From an uncultured Pelagibacteraceae bacterium (GTDB taxonomy: Bacteria; Pseudomonadota; Alphaproteobacteria; Pelagibacterales; Pelagibacteraceae): DNA of 64,000 nucleotides. The position numbers and the translations under genes are program-made. The notes beneath the pieces are model-generated. The model did not search any database and had not been told where the DNA came from. It saw only the letters and a program-made list of their open reading frames with translations. Positions within the stretch are counted from its first letter, which is position 1; every line of letters begins with the position of its first letter. Of this stretch, positions 49,797-61,818 are shown in pieces. The stretch spans positions 1,106-65,105 of the forward strand of contig CACADE010000004.1 in NCBI GenBank assembly GCA_902531175.1. Reading direction: 5' to 3'.

Positions 49797-51707
49797 ATGC
49801 AAAATTATAAATATTTAAATAATATTAATTTTCCTTCAGATATTAAAAAACTGAATAATGAAGAATTAAAAGTCCTATCAGAAGAAGTAAGAAGCGAAAT
49901 GATTGATGCTGTTTCAAAAACAGGTGGTCATCTAGGTGCAGGCCTAGGTGTTGTAGAATTAACAGTAGCACTTCACCATATTTTTGACACCCCAAAGGAC
50001 AAATTGATATGGGATGTTGGCCATCAATCATACCCTCATAAAATTTTAACAGGAAGAAAAGATAAAATACGAACCTTACGACAAGGAAGTGGATTATCTG
50101 GTTTTACAAAGCGATCAGAAAGTGAATTTGATCCCTTTGGTGCAGCTCATAGTTCTACTTCTATTTCTGCCGGACTTGGCATTGCAACAGCAAATAAATT
50201 ATCAAATAAATCAGATCAGGTTATAGCAGTTATTGGTGACGGTGCCATGAGCGCAGGAATGGCATATGAAGCTATGAATAATGCTGGAGACTCAAAAACA
50301 AAAATGATCGTAATTTTGAATGACAATGATATGTCAATTGCAAAACCAGTTGGTGCAATGAAATCTTATCTTGCTAAAATTTTTTCAGGTAAGATTTATT
50401 TTAGTTTCAGAGAAACAGTTAAAATGATTATTTCATCATTTTCAAAAAGATTTAGTAAAAAGGCTGGAAAGGCTGAAGATTTTTTGAGATCAGCTGTCAC
50501 AGGTGGTACATTATTTAACTCGTTAGGTTTTTATTATGTTGGTCCAATAGATGGTCATGATTTAGATGTTTTATTACCAATTTTAAAAAATGCAAAAGAA
50601 AGCAATCATAATGGTCCAATACTAATTCATATAAAAACACAAAAAGGGAAAGGATATAGTTTTGCTGAAAAATCTGATGATAAATATCATGGAGTTACAA
50701 AATTTGATGTTCAAACTGGGGTTCAACAAAAATCAACAACTAAGGCTCCTGCTTTTACAAAGGTATTTGCAAATACATTAATAGAGCATGCAAAGAAAGA
50801 CAGTAAAATTGTAGGTATAACCGCTGCTATGCCATCTGGGACAGGAATGGATGCATTTAGCAAAGTTTTCCCAGACAGAACTTTTGATGTTGGTATTGCC
50901 GAACAACATGCTGTTACTTTTGCTGCAGGCTTAGCTACAGAGGGTTATAAGCCTTATGCAGCAATTTATTCAACATTTTTACAAAGAGCATATGATCAGG
51001 TAGTTCATGACGTTGCAATTCAAAGTTTACCAGTAAGATTTGCAATTGATAGAGCTGGTTTAGTTGGTGCCGATGGAGCTACTCATGCAGGTGCTTTTGA
51101 TATTACATATTTATCAACTTTACCTAATTTTATTGTTATGGCAGCAAGTGATGAAGCAGAATTAGTAAGAATGGTTAATACTTCAGTAAATATTAATAAT
51201 AAACCAAGTGCGTTTAGATATCCAAGAGGAAATGGAGTAGGATTGGAATTACCCGATATCAACGAAACAATAGATATTGGAAAAGGAAGAGTAATAAGAG
51301 AAGGAAAGAAAGTTGCCTTAGTTAGTTTTGGAAACAGATTAAAAGAATGTTTATTGGCTGAAGAAAGTTTAAAAAAAATGGGAATTAATCCAACAATTGT
51401 AGATGCTAGATTTGCAAAACCTCTGGATGAAAATCTTATTTGGCAAGTTGCAACAAATCATGAAGCGCTTATTACATTGGAAGAAGGTTCTATTGGTGGT
51501 TTTGGAGCCCATGTAAATCATTTTTTAAATGAAAAGAATTTATTAGATAATAATTTAAAATTTAGATCAATGATTTTGCCTGATAAATTTTTAGACCAAG
51601 ATAAACCAGAAGAAATGTATAAAGAAGCTGGTCTAGATGCCAAATCTATTGAAGCAAAGGTTTTAGAAACTTTAAATTCTAAAGTTGTGATTAAAAAAAC
51701 TAATTAA
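49797..51707 (+). CDS. dxs: 1-deoxy-D-xylulose-5-phosphate synthase
   Basis: [47 protein letters not shown]. Confidence 0.97.
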   Translation: MQNYKYLNNINFPSDIKKLNNEELKVLSEEVRSEMIDAVSKTGGHLGAGLGVVELTVALHHIFDTPKDKLIWDVGHQSYPHKILTGRKDKIRTLRQGSGLSGFTKRSESEFDPFGAAHSSTSISAGLGIATANKLSNKSDQVIAVIGDGAMSAGMAYEAMNNAGDSKTKMIVILNDNDMSIAKPVGAMKSYLAKIFSGKIYFSFRETVKMIISSFSKRFSKKAGKAEDFLRSAVTGGTLFNSLGFYYVGPIDGHDLDVLLPILKNAKESNHNGPILIHIKTQKGKGYSFAEKSDDKYHGVTKFDVQTGVQQKSTTKAPAFTKVFANTLIEHAKKDSKIVGITAAMPSGTGMDAFSKVFPDRTFDVGIAEQHAVTFAAGLATEGYKPYAAIYSTFLQRAYDQVVHDVAIQSLPVRFAIDRAGLVGADGATHAGAFDITYLSTLPNFIVMAASDEAELVRMVNTSVNINNKPSAFRYPRGNGVGLELPDINETIDIGKGRVIREGKKVALVSFGNRLKECLLAEESLKKMGINPTIVDARFAKPLDENLIWQVATNHEALITLEEGSIGGFGAHVNHFLNEKNLLDNNLKFRSMILPDKFLDQDKPEEMYKEAGLDAKSIEAKVLETLNSKVVIKKTN

Positions 51708-52789
51708 TTGCCACATTGAGCTTTATTCATTAGGTAGTGATCAAGAATAACACAATGCATCATTGCTTCACCTATAGGCACTGCTCTAATACCAACGCAA
51801 GGATCATGTCTACCTGTGACTGAAATTGAAGTATTTTTTCCAAATTTATTAATTGTTTTTCTTTGAGAAAGAATTGATGAAGTCGGTTTTACTGCAAAAG
51901 AAACTATTATTTCTTGACCACTAGAAATTCCTCCAAGAATTCCTCCGGCATTATTTGATTTAAATTTTGTTTTCTTTCCTGTCTGGGACATTTCATCAGA
52001 ATTTTGTTCACCAGAAAGTTGAGCAGAGTTCATTCCTGATCCTATATTTACCCCTTTTACAGCGTTAATACTCATCATAGCTGACGCTAAATCCATATCT
52101 AATTTAGAATAAATTGGAGCCCCTAATCCTACAGGCACACCTCTTGCTCTTACTTCAATAATAGCCCCACAAGATGAGCCAGCTTTTCTTATCCCAAGTA
52201 AATATTTTTCCCATAATTTTAAAACTGTTTTATCAGGACAAAATAGAGGGTTTTTTGCAATGAATTTGTTATTCCATTTTTCTGTGTCACATCCTAGTAT
52301 TCCTAATTGTGTTACGGCTCCAATTACACTGTATTTTTTCCCAATAATATTTTGCAAAACTTGTTTTGCTATTGCTCCTGCTGCTACTCTTGATGCAGTC
52401 TCTCTTGCTGACTGTCTGCCTCCACCTCTATAATCTCTAATTCCATATTTTTTAAAATATGTGTAATCAGCATGACCAGGTCTAAATTTATCTTTAATAT
52501 TTTTATAATCCTTAGAACGCATATCTTTATTGAAGATAATCATTGAGATAGGCGTACCAGTTGTTTTGCCCTCAAATGTTCCTGATAAAATTTCCACTTT
52601 ATCATCCTCTTTTCTTTGAGTTGTGAATTTAGACTGACCAGGCTTTCTTTTATTTAATTCTAACTGAATGTCTTTCATGTTAAGCTTAATATTCGGAGGA
52701 CAACCATCAACAATACATCCTATAGCTGGACCATGAGATTCACCCCATGTAGTAAATCGAAAAAATTTTCCAAATGTATTAAAAGACAT
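51704..52789 (-). CDS. aroC: Chorismate synthase
   Basis: [42 protein letters not shown]. Confidence 0.97.
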   Translation of the reverse strand: MSFNTFGKFFRFTTWGESHGPAIGCIVDGCPPNIKLNMKDIQLELNKRKPGQSKFTTQRKEDDKVEILSGTFEGKTTGTPISMIIFNKDMRSKDYKNIKDKFRPGHADYTYFKKYGIRDYRGGGRQSARETASRVAAGAIAKQVLQNIIGKKYSVIGAVTQLGILGCDTEKWNNKFIAKNPLFCPDKTVLKLWEKYLLGIRKAGSSCGAIIEVRARGVPVGLGAPIYSKLDMDLASAMMSINAVKGVNIGSGMNSAQLSGEQNSDEMSQTGKKTKFKSNNAGGILGGISSGQEIIVSFAVKPTSSILSQRKTINKFGKNTSISVTGRHDPCVGIRAVPIGEAMMHCVILDHYLMNKAQCGN

Positions 52790-52821
52790 TATATTATTAT
52801 ATAAATTATTTTGGTTAAATT

Positions 52822-53445
52822 ATGAACGAAAAAAATTCTTTAGGGTTAGATAAATGCTTTCTAGATCTCGATAATCCAATACTATTATTCACTGAATGGT
52901 ACAACGAGGCAAAGAAAACAGAAATAAATGATCCAAATGCATTAGCTCTAGGTACTATTGATGAAAAAGGTTACCCGAATGTAAGAATGGTATTACTCAA
53001 AGACTATGGAGAAGATGGATTTGTTTTTTACACCAATTTTAATAGCAATAAAGGAATTGCTATAAAGCAGAATCCAAATATTTCAATGTGCTTTCACTGG
53101 AAAAGTTTGCTCAGACAAATCCGTATAGTTGGTACTGCTGAAAAAGTTTCAGATGATGAGGCAGACAATTATTATAATTCCAGAAGTTATGGAAGTAGAA
53201 TTGGTGCTTGGGCCTCAAATCAAAGCTCAATTTTAAAAGATAGAGAAGAACTTAACCAATCAATAAAAAAATTTAAAGATCTCTATAAAGAAGAAAATAA
53301 TGTTCCAAGACCTGATCATTGGTCAGGCTGGAGGTTAAAACACCACGAAATTGAATTTTGGTTAGATGGTGAAAATAGAATTCACGAAAGATTAAAATAT
53401 ATTAAAGAAGATAATGCTTGGAAAAAAATTCTCTTATCACCTTAA
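52822..53445 (+). CDS. pdxH: Pyridoxamine 5'-phosphate oxidase
   Basis: RMVLLK, FYTN..S.KG, RQIRI.G, SRIGAWASNQS, PRPDHWSG, IEFW, RIHER. Confidence 0.95.
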   Translation: MNEKNSLGLDKCFLDLDNPILLFTEWYNEAKKTEINDPNALALGTIDEKGYPNVRMVLLKDYGEDGFVFYTNFNSNKGIAIKQNPNISMCFHWKSLLRQIRIVGTAEKVSDDEADNYYNSRSYGSRIGAWASNQSSILKDREELNQSIKKFKDLYKEENNVPRPDHWSGWRLKHHEIEFWLDGENRIHERLKYIKEDNAWKKILLSP

Positions 53446-54455
53446 AATTTTCTATTAATACTAAAAGCAGTTAAATTTTTAAGTATAGTTTTTTCATCAC
53501 AATCTTGAAATATACTTAATGAATTTGATGCTAAACTTATATAGTGTTCCGCTTTTTTGTAACACTCATTAATTATATTATATTTTTTTACTAATTTAAG
53601 TACATATTCAAATTGTTCTTTAGATCTGATATTTTGTTCAAATATTTTTTTTAAAACTAATTTTTCATCTGAAGATAATTTTTGATTTAATAGAATAATA
53701 GGGAGAGTTACCTTGCCCTCAAAGAAATCTTTCCCTATCTCTTTACCAAACATTTTTAATTCTGAGTTATAGTCAAGTGTGTCATCTGCAATCTGAAATG
53801 TTAATCCAAGGTTCTTTCCATAGAATTCTAGTGCATCTTTAAATTTATTGTCCTTATCAGCAATAATCGACCCAACCTTTGAAGATGCTGAAAATAAAGC
53901 TGCAGTTTTAGAAGAAATTATATTCAAATATGTTTCTTCTAACATTTCAGAGTCACCTTTATGTTGTAATTGCAAAACTTCTCCTTGAGCAATAGTTGAT
54001 GATGTAGAAGATAAAAGTTTTAATACTTCAATACTTCCATCCTCAACCATCATTTCAAAACATCTACTTAATAAATAGTCCCCAACAAGAATTGATGACT
54101 GATTTCCCCAAATTTTATTTGTAGTTTTTTTGCCTCTTCTTAAATCTGCGCTGTCAATTACATCATCATGCATAAGAGTTGCTGCGTGTATAAGTTCAAC
54201 ACATGCAGCTAGGTTCACATCTCTACTACCTTTTGTATATCCACACAATTTAGCACACTCCAAAGTAAGCAATGCTCTTAATCTTTTACCTCCACTAGTC
54301 ATGTGGTAAGCTGTCATTTCTTTAACAAGCTCAACTTTACTATCTAATTTATAAGAAATTTTATCTTCAACTAAACTTAGTTTTTCATCAACAGAATTTA
54401 CTAAATCTGTATATGCATTAGTTATTTGCTTTTTTAATTGGACTACTGAACCCAT
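53442..54455 (-). CDS. ispB: Long-chain polyprenyl diphosphate synthase
   Basis: GGKRLR, ELIHAATLMHDDVID...RRG, GDYL, FQIADD. Confidence 0.9.
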   Translation of the reverse strand: MGSVVQLKKQITNAYTDLVNSVDEKLSLVEDKISYKLDSKVELVKEMTAYHMTSGGKRLRALLTLECAKLCGYTKGSRDVNLAACVELIHAATLMHDDVIDSADLRRGKKTTNKIWGNQSSILVGDYLLSRCFEMMVEDGSIEVLKLLSSTSSTIAQGEVLQLQHKGDSEMLEETYLNIISSKTAALFSASSKVGSIIADKDNKFKDALEFYGKNLGLTFQIADDTLDYNSELKMFGKEIGKDFFEGKVTLPIILLNQKLSSDEKLVLKKIFEQNIRSKEQFEYVLKLVKKYNIINECYKKAEHYISLASNSLSIFQDCDEKTILKNLTAFSINRKF

Positions 54456-54497
54456 AAATTCAAAATATTACATTAAGTTTATTAATATACTTATCAA

Positions 54498-54525
54498 TTG
54501 ACGCACCTATTTCTTCAACTATAAG
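54498..54525 (+). promoter_or_regulatory. Putative sigma70 promoter of sppA-glyQ-glyS-ppdK
   Basis: TTGACG(54498-503)-N16-TATAAG(54520-25). Confidence 0.55.
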
Positions 54526-54563
54526 TAGCTTTATAATTAATTAAAATTTTTATAATCATTTAT

Positions 54564-55370
54564 ATGTTTTCATTTTTTAAAAAAAAAAAAATTGTTAGTC
54601 ATTTAAGACTTACCGGCGTCATTGGAAATGTCGGAAAATTTAAACAAGGAATAGAATATTCCTCTCAAGAAGAAATTATAAAAAAAGCTTTTTCAGTAAA
54701 AAAAGCAGAAGCTGTTGCAATTTCAATTAATTCCCCAGGTGGTTCACCCGTTCAATCACATCTAATATATAAATTTATTAGAGAACAATCTACGAAAAAC
54801 AAAAAAAAAGTAATAGTTTTTGCAGAAGATGTTGCTGCATCTGGAGGCTATCTAATTGCATGCGCAGGTGATGAGATTTATGCTAATGCAAGTTCTATAA
54901 TCGGATCAATAGGAGTTATTTATTCTTCTTTTGGTTTTAAAGATTTAATTCAAAAAATTGGGGTTCAAAGAAGAGTTTATACAGCTGGAAAAAATAAAAG
55001 TACTCTAGATCCTTTTTTAGATGAGAAAGAAGAAGACATTCAAAGATTAAAAAATATTCAACTGGAACTTCACAAAGAATTTATTAATGTTGTAGAAGAG
55101 AGTAGATCAACTAAATTAAATAAATCTGATGTTGAACTTTTTTCTGGAGAATTTTGGTCTGGCAAAACATCATTAAAACTTGGTTTGATAGATGGAATAG
55201 GGAATGCTGAACAGATATTAAGAGAAAAATTTGGAGAAGATGTTGAAATTAAAAAATTTGAAAAGTCTAAAGGGTGGCTTGCCAAAAAACTTTCATCTTC
55301 GGAAGACCATGCAGATAAATTGATTAGTGTTTTAGAAGAAAGATCTATTTGGCAAAAATATGGTTTCTAA
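54564..55370 (+). CDS. S49 family peptidase (SppA-like)
   Basis: [39 protein letters not shown]. Confidence 0.92.
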   Translation: MFSFFKKKKIVSHLRLTGVIGNVGKFKQGIEYSSQEEIIKKAFSVKKAEAVAISINSPGGSPVQSHLIYKFIREQSTKNKKKVIVFAEDVAASGGYLIACAGDEIYANASSIIGSIGVIYSSFGFKDLIQKIGVQRRVYTAGKNKSTLDPFLDEKEEDIQRLKNIQLELHKEFINVVEESRSTKLNKSDVELFSGEFWSGKTSLKLGLIDGIGNAEQILREKFGEDVEIKKFEKSKGWLAKKLSSSEDHADKLISVLEERSIWQKYGF

Positions 55371-56244
55371 AAAAAAAAAAACAAATTCAAAATCATTTAT
55401 TTCTTTTCAAGATACAATATTAAATCTTCAAAAGTACTGGTCAAAAAAAGGTTGCGTTATTTTACAACCTTATGATTTAGAAGTTGGGGCAGGAACATTT
55501 CACCCAGCAACAACTCTGAGATCATTAGGTCCTAAACCATGGAAAACAGCTTACGTTCAACCATCAAGAAGACCAACGGATGGAAGGTATGGAGAAAATC
55601 CTAATCGTTTGCAACACTACTATCAATTTCAAGTTTTAATAAAACCTTCACCAAAAGATATTAAAAAAATGTATCTTAATAGCCTTTCATCAGTAGGTAT
55701 TAAATACGAAGAGCACGATATCAGATTTGTAGAGGATGATTGGGAAAGTCCAACCTTAGGTGCTGCTGGTCTTGGATGGGAAGTATGGTGTGATGGCATG
55801 GAAGTTACTCAATTTACTTATTTTCAACAAATGGCGGGGATGGAATGCTATCCAATATCTGTTGAAATTACTTATGGATTAGAGAGACTATGCATGTTTA
55901 TTCAAGATAAAAAAAATGTTTTTGATTTAATTTGGAACGATGAAGGAGTTTTATATAAAGATGTTTTTCATCAAGCCGAAAAAGAATTTTCTGCCTATAA
56001 TTTTGAGTATGCAAATACAGATAACTTATTTAAAATTTTTGATATGCTCGAAGAAGAAGCAAAATCTTTAATTGAAAAGAAAATTTCTCTTCCAGCATAT
56101 GATCAATGTTTAAAATCCAGTCATGTGTTCAATATTTTAGATGCTAGAGGAGTTATAAGTGTTGCTCAAAGAGCAGAATATATCGCAAGAATCAGAGATC
56201 TTACAAGGGAAATTGGAAAAATTTGGGTAGAAACACAAAATTAA
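55360..56244 (+). CDS. glyQ: Glycine--tRNA ligase alpha subunit
   Basis: [42 protein letters not shown]. Confidence 0.98.
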   Translation: MVSKKKKTNSKSFISFQDTILNLQKYWSKKGCVILQPYDLEVGAGTFHPATTLRSLGPKPWKTAYVQPSRRPTDGRYGENPNRLQHYYQFQVLIKPSPKDIKKMYLNSLSSVGIKYEEHDIRFVEDDWESPTLGAAGLGWEVWCDGMEVTQFTYFQQMAGMECYPISVEITYGLERLCMFIQDKKNVFDLIWNDEGVLYKDVFHQAEKEFSAYNFEYANTDNLFKIFDMLEEEAKSLIEKKISLPAYDQCLKSSHVFNILDARGVISVAQRAEYIARIRDLTREIGKIWVETQN

Positions 56245-56245
56245 A

Positions 56246-58309
56246 ATGTCTGAATTTTTTCTTGAATTATTTAGTGAAGAAATACCTTCCAGATTACAAA
56301 TTAATGCTAGAAATGAACTAATACAAATCTTTAAAAAATTTTTTCATGACAATGAAATTAAAATTAAAGGTAAAATAAATATTTACTCAACTCCGAATAG
56401 GCTTATTATTCATGCAAATAAGATATCTAAAGATGTTATAAAAAAAGCAGAGGAAATTAGGGGGCCTAATATAAATGCTCCCGAAAAAGCTTTAGAAGGA
56501 TTTTTAAAATCCAATAACATTGGTAAAGAAAAAGTTTTCAAAAAAAGCACTGAAAAAGGTATATTCTACTTCTACAACAAACCATCGAAAAAAATCAAAA
56601 CTTACGATTTATTAAAAGAGAATATTGCAAGTTTACTTTTAAAAATTACATGGAAAAAATCAATGAAATGGGGCAATCATAACTTGTATTGGGGGAGACC
56701 ATTGAAATCAATATTATCTTTATTTGATAAAAAAATAATTGAATTTAAATTAGACCATTTACAGAGTTCAAATAAAACTTTTATAGATAAAGATCTCGAA
56801 GATGAAGTGAAAAGTTTTAATGATTTTAAATCTTATATGAAATTTTTTAAAAAAAAAGGAATAAAAATTGATCAAAATCAAAGAAAAGAATTTATAATTA
56901 AAGAAATAAATAAGGCAACTAATAAAAAAAAAATTCACGTAGACTTTAATGAAAGACTTATAGATGAAATAACAAATATTGTTGAAAAACCAAAAATTTT
57001 AGTATGTGATTTTAATAAGAAATTTTTAGAAATTCCCCAAGAAATACTAATTATTACAATGCAACATCACCAAAAATATTTTCCAACATTTGATAATAAA
57101 AATAAAATAACAAATAATTTTATAGTTGTGGCAGACTGTAACGACAAAAAAGGATTAGTCAAATTAGGGAATCAAAACGTTGTAGAAGCAAGGTTAGCAG
57201 ATGCAGAATTTTTTTGGAATAGAAATAAGTCTCAAAATTTAGTGAAACAGGTATCTAAATTAAAGCAAATTAATTATTTTAAAGGATTGGGAAGTTATTT
57301 TGACAAAATACAGAGAGTAAGAAAACTTAGCGGAATAATATCAGATGAACTTCTAATAAGTAAAGAAAAGATAGAAATTGCCTCTTCAATTTGCAAAGTA
57401 GATTTAATGTCAGATTTAGTTGCAGAGTTTCCCGAATTACAGGGTGTGATGGGGGGATACTTTGCAAGAGAGCAAGGTTTCGATGAAGAAATAAGCTTAG
57501 CTGTCTCAGAGCATTATTTGCCAAGCGGTATTGATAGTAAAGTACCAAAAAAACCATACAGTATAGCATTATCTTTAAGTGACAAAATTGACTCCTTAGT
57601 TGGATTTTTTGGAATTAATCTCAAACCAACTAGTTCAAAAGATCCATATGCTTTAAGAAGAATGGCTATTAGTTTATTGAGGTTAATAATTGAAAATCAA
57701 AAAAAAATAAAATTAAGAGATCTGATAAATTATTCAATAAATTTATACAGACATCAAAACTACTCTTTTGACTCAAAATTGATTAATGATGAATTAGGAG
57801 ATTTTATTTTAGATAGATTAAAGAATTATTTGAAAGAAAAAAATATTAGATCAGATATTATTGAATGTTCTACTAATTCATATGGATTAGACGATTTACT
57901 AAAAATTTTTAATAAATCACTAAATTTGAATAAAAATATTAAAAAAGATTTTGGTCTTGATGTTATTGCAATTTACAAAAGATCTACAAACATTTTAAAT
58001 AGTGAAAGTAAATCAAAATTAGATATTGTAGGATCTGCTGATCCAGGCCTATTTAAAAATGATTATGAAAAGAATCTTTATAAAAAAATACATATCATAA
58101 GAAAGTATTTTTCGAGTATAGGTAGAGACGAGGATTATGATGAAAGTCTTAAAATTCTCTCAAGTGCTAAAATAGAGGTAAATGAGTTTTTTGATAATGT
58201 AATTGTTAATGATCAAGAAGAAATAATTAAGAAAAACAGACTAGAACTTTTAAAAATGTTGTGTAAAAGCTTCGATAATTATTTTAACTTTTCTAAGATA
58301 GAAGCATAA
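56246..58309 (+). CDS. glyS: Glycine--tRNA ligase beta subunit
   Basis: FLELFSEEIP, TPNRL, WKKSMKWG, RPLKSI, EFPELQG.MG, SKDPYALRR, NRLELL. Confidence 0.96.
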   Translation: MSEFFLELFSEEIPSRLQINARNELIQIFKKFFHDNEIKIKGKINIYSTPNRLIIHANKISKDVIKKAEEIRGPNINAPEKALEGFLKSNNIGKEKVFKKSTEKGIFYFYNKPSKKIKTYDLLKENIASLLLKITWKKSMKWGNHNLYWGRPLKSILSLFDKKIIEFKLDHLQSSNKTFIDKDLEDEVKSFNDFKSYMKFFKKKGIKIDQNQRKEFIIKEINKATNKKKIHVDFNERLIDEITNIVEKPKILVCDFNKKFLEIPQEILIITMQHHQKYFPTFDNKNKITNNFIVVADCNDKKGLVKLGNQNVVEARLADAEFFWNRNKSQNLVKQVSKLKQINYFKGLGSYFDKIQRVRKLSGIISDELLISKEKIEIASSICKVDLMSDLVAEFPELQGVMGGYFAREQGFDEEISLAVSEHYLPSGIDSKVPKKPYSIALSLSDKIDSLVGFFGINLKPTSSKDPYALRRMAISLLRLIIENQKKIKLRDLINYSINLYRHQNYSFDSKLINDELGDFILDRLKNYLKEKNIRSDIIECSTNSYGLDDLLKIFNKSLNLNKNIKKDFGLDVIAIYKRSTNILNSESKSKLDIVGSADPGLFKNDYEKNLYKKIHIIRKYFSSIGRDEDYDESLKILSSAKIEVNEFFDNVIVNDQEEIIKKNRLELLKMLCKSFDNYFNFSKIEA

Positions 58310-60967
58310 ATGCAAAAATTAGTATTTAATTTTAAATCTAAGGATACAAAAAAAATAAAAAACCCAAAAAATATTTTAGGAGGCAAAGGTGCAAATTTAT
58401 CAGAGATGGGAAGGATGCTATTGCCTGTCCCACCAGGATTTACAATTTCTACTGAAGTTTGTGATTTATTCTATAAAAATAAAAAGAAATTAAAGCCTAA
58501 AATCATAACTGAAATATTTAAAGAATTAAAAAATATTGAAAATGATTCTGGTAAAAAATTTGGAGATTTGAAAAATCCTTTATTGCTATCTGTAAGATCT
58601 GGCGCAAGAGTTTCCATGCCAGGAATGATGGATACTATTTTAAATCTTGGACTAAATGATAAAACTGTGATTGCTTTAGGAAATAAAACATCAAATATGA
58701 GATTTGCAAAAGATAGTTATAGAAGATTTATACAAATGTATGCAAATGTTGTTATGGGTGTTGAAAGTTACAATTTTGAAGAAATAATTGAAAATTATAA
58801 ACTTACAAAAGGTGTTTTGTTAGATACCGATTTGGATGCAGATGACTGGGATGGATTGATTAAAGACTTTAAAAATATTGTAAAAGAAAAAACAAAAAAA
58901 GATTTTCCTCAAAATATAAATGAACAATTGCTGGGCGCAATTAGTGCAGTGTTTTTGTCATGGGAGAGTAACAGAGCAAAGGTTTATAGAAAACTAAATC
59001 ATATTCCATCAGAGTGGGGAACTGCTGTAAATGTTCAGTCCATGGTTTTTGGTAATATGGGTAATGATTGTGCAACAGGTGTTGTATTTACACGTAATCC
59101 ATCCAATGGGGTTAATGAAATCTATGGTGAATATCTAATAAATGCTCAAGGAGAAGATGTTGTTGCGGGAACAAGGACACCTCAACATATAACTAAGAAA
59201 GCTAGAAAAGATGCAAAAGAAATACTGCTTTCAATGGAAGAGACTATGCCTAGAGTTTACAAAAATCTAAAAAAAATTCTTATTAAACTAGAAAAACATT
59301 ACAAAGATATGCAGGATGTAGAGTTCACAGTCGAAAATAATAAGTTGTGGATGTTGCAAACTAGATCAGGAAAAAGAACTGCAAAATCATCAGTAAAAAT
59401 TGCTGTTGATATGGAAAGAGAAAAGCTCATTACAAAAAAAGAGGCAGTGCTTAGAGTACAACCAAATTCACTAGATACTTTGCTTCATCCAACTTTAGAT
59501 GAAACAGTGAATATAGAAGTAATAGCCAAAGGCCTTCCAGCTTCGCCGGGGGCAGCTAGCGGAAAGGTAGTATTTACTTCTGAACAAGCTGAAAGATTAA
59601 ATGGAATGATGCAAAATACAATCCTGGTAAGAGTAGAAACATCACCCGAAGATATCAATGGAATGCATGCTGCTAAAGGAATTCTTACTGCAAGAGGAGG
59701 AATGACCAGTCATGCTGCGGTAGTAGCAAGAGGTATGGGTAGACCTTGTGTATCTGGCTCAAGCGAAATAGAAATAGATTACCAAAATAGAATTTTTAAA
59801 ACGAAAAATAATGAAATTAAAGAGGGCGATTTAATTACTATTGATGGATCAACTGGTAGAATTATAAAGGGAGAGGTTAAAACCGTTAAACCTGAAATTT
59901 CAGGAGATTTTTCTAAACTAATGAGCTGGGCTGACAAATTTAGAAAATTAAAAATTAGATCTAATTCTGAAACACCTCTAGATAGTAAAACTGCTAGAGA
60001 ATTTGGAGCTGAAGGAATAGGTCTTTGTAGAACAGAACACATGTTTTTTGATGAAGAAAGAATTTTATCTGTGAGAGAAATGATATTATCAAAATCAAAA
60101 GAAGATAGGTCTAATGCTTTAAAGAAACTTCTTCCTTTTCAAAAAAAGGATTTTATTGATATCTTTAAAATCATGAATGGTCTTCCTGTCACAGTTAGAT
60201 TACTAGATCCACCACTTCATGAATTTTTACCAAAAAATCAAAAAGAAATTAGCGATGTAGCAAATGCTTTAAACGTAAAAAGTTCTGAATTAGAGGGTAG
60301 AATAACAGAACTTCATGAACAAAATCCAATGCTCGGTCATAGAGGTTGTAGATTAGGCATATCATTTCCAGAAATATATGAAATGCAGTGTACTGCGATT
60401 TTTCATGCCTTAGTTGAATGTAAAAAACTCAAGATAAAATCTATAATTCCAGAGATCATGATACCTTTGGTATCAACTGAAGCAGAAATAAAAATAATGA
60501 AAGATTTAGTAATTAGAGTTGCAAAAGAAGTTGAAAATAAGACTAAAATTAAACTAAATTTTTTAGTTGGCACAATGATTGAGCTCCCAAGAGCAGCGAT
60601 CAAAGCAGATGATATATCTAAACATGCAGAATTCTTTAGTTTTGGAACAAATGATTTAACACAAACAACTTTTGGAATTAGCAGAGATGATAGTGGTAAG
60701 TTTTTAAATGATTATATTGACAATAAAATCTTCGAAATTGATCCATTTATTTCTATAGACGATGGAGTTGGGGATTTGATAGAAATGGCAACAAAAAAAG
60801 GCAGAAAAATAAACAAAAAAATTAAACTTGGTATATGTGGTGAACACGGAGGCGATCCTAAAAGTATAGACTTTTGTGCACGTGCTGGTTTAGATTATGT
60901 TTCCTGTTCCCCTTATAGAGTACCTATTGCAAGACTTGCTGCTGCTCAAGCTCAATTAAAAAAATAA
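58310..60967 (+). CDS. ppdK: Pyruvate, phosphate dikinase
   Basis: LGGKGANL, SVRSGARVSMPGMMDT, GGMTSHAAVVARG, GLCRTEHMF, NPMLGHRGCR, CGEHGGDP. Confidence 0.98.
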   Translation: MQKLVFNFKSKDTKKIKNPKNILGGKGANLSEMGRMLLPVPPGFTISTEVCDLFYKNKKKLKPKIITEIFKELKNIENDSGKKFGDLKNPLLLSVRSGARVSMPGMMDTILNLGLNDKTVIALGNKTSNMRFAKDSYRRFIQMYANVVMGVESYNFEEIIENYKLTKGVLLDTDLDADDWDGLIKDFKNIVKEKTKKDFPQNINEQLLGAISAVFLSWESNRAKVYRKLNHIPSEWGTAVNVQSMVFGNMGNDCATGVVFTRNPSNGVNEIYGEYLINAQGEDVVAGTRTPQHITKKARKDAKEILLSMEETMPRVYKNLKKILIKLEKHYKDMQDVEFTVENNKLWMLQTRSGKRTAKSSVKIAVDMEREKLITKKEAVLRVQPNSLDTLLHPTLDETVNIEVIAKGLPASPGAASGKVVFTSEQAERLNGMMQNTILVRVETSPEDINGMHAAKGILTARGGMTSHAAVVARGMGRPCVSGSSEIEIDYQNRIFKTKNNEIKEGDLITIDGSTGRIIKGEVKTVKPEISGDFSKLMSWADKFRKLKIRSNSETPLDSKTAREFGAEGIGLCRTEHMFFDEERILSVREMILSKSKEDRSNALKKLLPFQKKDFIDIFKIMNGLPVTVRLLDPPLHEFLPKNQKEISDVANALNVKSSELEGRITELHEQNPMLGHRGCRLGISFPEIYEMQCTAIFHALVECKKLKIKSIIPEIMIPLVSTEAEIKIMKDLVIRVAKEVENKTKIKLNFLVGTMIELPRAAIKADDISKHAEFFSFGTNDLTQTTFGISRDDSGKFLNDYIDNKIFEIDPFISIDDGVGDLIEMATKKGRKINKKIKLGICGEHGGDPKSIDFCARAGLDYVSCSPYRVPIARLAAAQAQLKK

Positions 60968-60976
60968 AATTGAATT

Positions 60977-61813
60977 CTAGATTTCCAATTTTAAGTCTAA
61001 TGCATTCATCGTGTGAGTTAAAGAGCCTACGGAAATTCTATCTACACCTGTAGAGGAAACATTTCTAACATTCTTTAAGCTAATTCCTCCTGATGCTTCA
61101 GTCTCATAGAATTTCCTAGACATTTTCACTGCTTTTTTTAAATTTTTTGAGCTCATATTATCTAATAGAATTCTATCAAATTTCAGACCTAATATTCTCC
61201 TCAACTGAGATAAATTATCAACTTCTACTGTAATTTTTTTTCTCCCTTTCTTTTTGATGGCTCTTTGAATTAAATTTTCAAAATTTTCTTCAGAACTTAT
61301 ATGATTGTCTTTTATTAAGTATTCATCACTTAAGTTAAATCTGTGGTTTGTTCCACCACCTAATTTAACTGCATATTTTTGGATTACTCTAAGATTTGGG
61401 ATCGTTTTTCTTGTACAACATATTTTGGTTTTTTTTCCAACTTTTTTTACATACATGTTTGTTTTCGTTGCTATTCCAGAAATATGAGAAACAAAGTTTA
61501 ATGCTACTCTTTCGCCGGTTAAAATATTTTTTAAGCATCCATCAATAGTTGCTACTACTTCACCTTTTTTAATTAATGTTCCGTCTTTCTTATTATTCTT
61601 AAATTTTATTTTATGATCAATTAATTTAAATGTTTCTTTAGCAAATTCTATTCCACCTAAAATTCCATTTTGGTTACTTATCATTTTAACTTTCTTTTTA
61701 ATATTTTTATTAATTAGTTCTGAAGTAATATCGCCTAATGGATATAAGTCCTCATTCAAAGCTAATTTACATGATGATTTTATAAAACTTTTACTTAATT
61801 GAATTTTAGACAC
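60977..61813 (-). CDS. nadC: Nicotinate-nucleotide diphosphorylase (QAPRTase)
   Basis: GDITS, ERVALNF, TRKT.P.LR, NHRFNLSD, LIKDNH, VEVD, LLDNM, EASGG. Confidence 0.95.
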   Translation of the reverse strand: MSKIQLSKSFIKSSCKLALNEDLYPLGDITSELINKNIKKKVKMISNQNGILGGIEFAKETFKLIDHKIKFKNNKKDGTLIKKGEVVATIDGCLKNILTGERVALNFVSHISGIATKTNMYVKKVGKKTKICCTRKTIPNLRVIQKYAVKLGGGTNHRFNLSDEYLIKDNHISSEENFENLIQRAIKKKGRKKITVEVDNLSQLRRILGLKFDRILLDNMSSKNLKKAVKMSRKFYETEASGGISLKNVRNVSSTGVDRISVGSLTHTMNALDLKLEI

Positions 61814-61818
61814 AGATT

